Shown one piece after another: positions 63,063-64,000 of a DNA stretch of 64,000 nucleotides. This DNA is from Neodothiora populina (lineage: Eukaryota): NCBI RefSeq assembly GCF_041146345.1, contig NW_027191408.1, positions 248,001 to 312,000 of the forward strand, written 5' to 3'. The translations under genes were made by a program, and so were the position numbers. Every line of letters begins with the position of its first letter. The first letter of the stretch is position 1. The notes under the pieces are model-generated. The model searched no databases and had not been told where the DNA came from. It was given only the letters and a program-made list of their open reading frames with translations.

Positions 63063-64000
63063 TCAACAAGAATCCTCAAATGTGCAAAGTACACAAGGTA
63101 AGACACGATTAATTATCCAGGAGAGCTTGTATTCGCGACAATTAACGAGAGCCGCGCAAGCTAGACATGGTTCTGATGGCGTATATCTTGTACAGTACTG
63201 TATGCACATCCCATACCTTGTCGTCCGTGCGTCTCCCCACACGCGCACAGGAGTCGACTCGCGCGTTTTGCAGTATAAAATCTCAACTCATTGTTCTTGA
63301 TGCCGCTTCTCTAACAACCGTCCTTTTCAAGATAGTCAAGCCAAAGGACATCTTGAATTCTGAGAGAGTGGTCGTTTTCGACTTCGCATCTTCGTGGTAT
63401 TCTGGTCGCAATAATCTACTGACAGGTATGTTTATCCCCCTTGTTCAACACCCATCTCCGCATTGATGATAAAACTTCATGCACCACGCAGAGGCCTCCG
63501 GGCTTTGCTGAGAAACACCATATCAAAATATCTGAGCATTCTTATCCTCCTTGCATATTCACCATTGATCTTTGCTGGAGCGACGCTGACAGTGTCGCAA
63601 CAGTGAGAAGTGAGAACAACGCCATAGCTGATAGCGACAGAAGCTTCATACTCAATCGTTCGGCGCGTTCGCTATACTTGTCTTAGTCAATCTTTCTCAA
63701 TGCCAATAACTTTCTCCATGCTCATTCCAACCTTCGGGCTCTCGAACCGGCGAACTAGTCTCTTAGAGTTTTTCTGCTGCCGTCAAGTCCTGTGATCCTC
63801 TTTGCCCTCAATGCTTTGCGCTCTCGCTTCGAAGTCCTCGCCGTACCATGATTGCTCGAAATCGACGAGTGATCGACTGCTGATGTTATCGAGGCGGTAC
63901 TTCAATTGTGCATTTCTGATTAATTCTCAAACTCCTCCTCCAATTCGAACATGTGCTTAAGCGACGTTATATCCCCTCTCGTCTGAACATCAAACAACGG
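63063..64000 (-). pseudogene. Possible degraded gene relic at the right edge
   Basis: Protein-like fragments (PLFDVQTRGDITSLKHMFELEEEFEN*, DHSLRIQDVLWLDYLEKDGC*RSGIKNNELRFY) broken by many stops. Confidence 0.2.

Overview
Eukaryotic DNA from a filamentous ascomycete (Pezizomycotina-type short spliceosomal introns with GTRAGT/GTAYGT donors, CTRAC branch points and YAG acceptors); the species cannot be determined from the sequence. About 27 protein-coding genes can be reconstructed. They include DPH3/KTI11, NRK1, an ARMH3/DUF1741 protein, a laccase-type multicopper oxidase, a PTH11-like membrane protein, EAF3, VTI1, TSR1, CTF8, a pyruvate dehydrogenase kinase, MGE1, ureG, a DUF726 protein, an SNF2-family ATPase and several flavoenzymes. 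A DUF2470 gene missed by the ORF track runs off the left edge. No tRNA, rRNA, intact transposon or CRISPR array was recognised. Gene-poor stretches (4.4-5.0, 47-51 and 63-64 kb) hold possible decayed gene relics. Most notable observations: (1) the PDK stop codon is TGA-CAA and is followed in frame by 174 open codons, a candidate readthrough isoform; (2) the laccase carries a PIR-type glucan cross-linking repeat in a Ser/Thr stalk; (3) two tandem disordered proteins share a C-terminal amphipathic beta motif and an identically placed terminal splice donor; (4) a GC-AG intron in ARMH3 and structured introns in EAF3. All family assignments come from motif recognition by eye, not from database searches.
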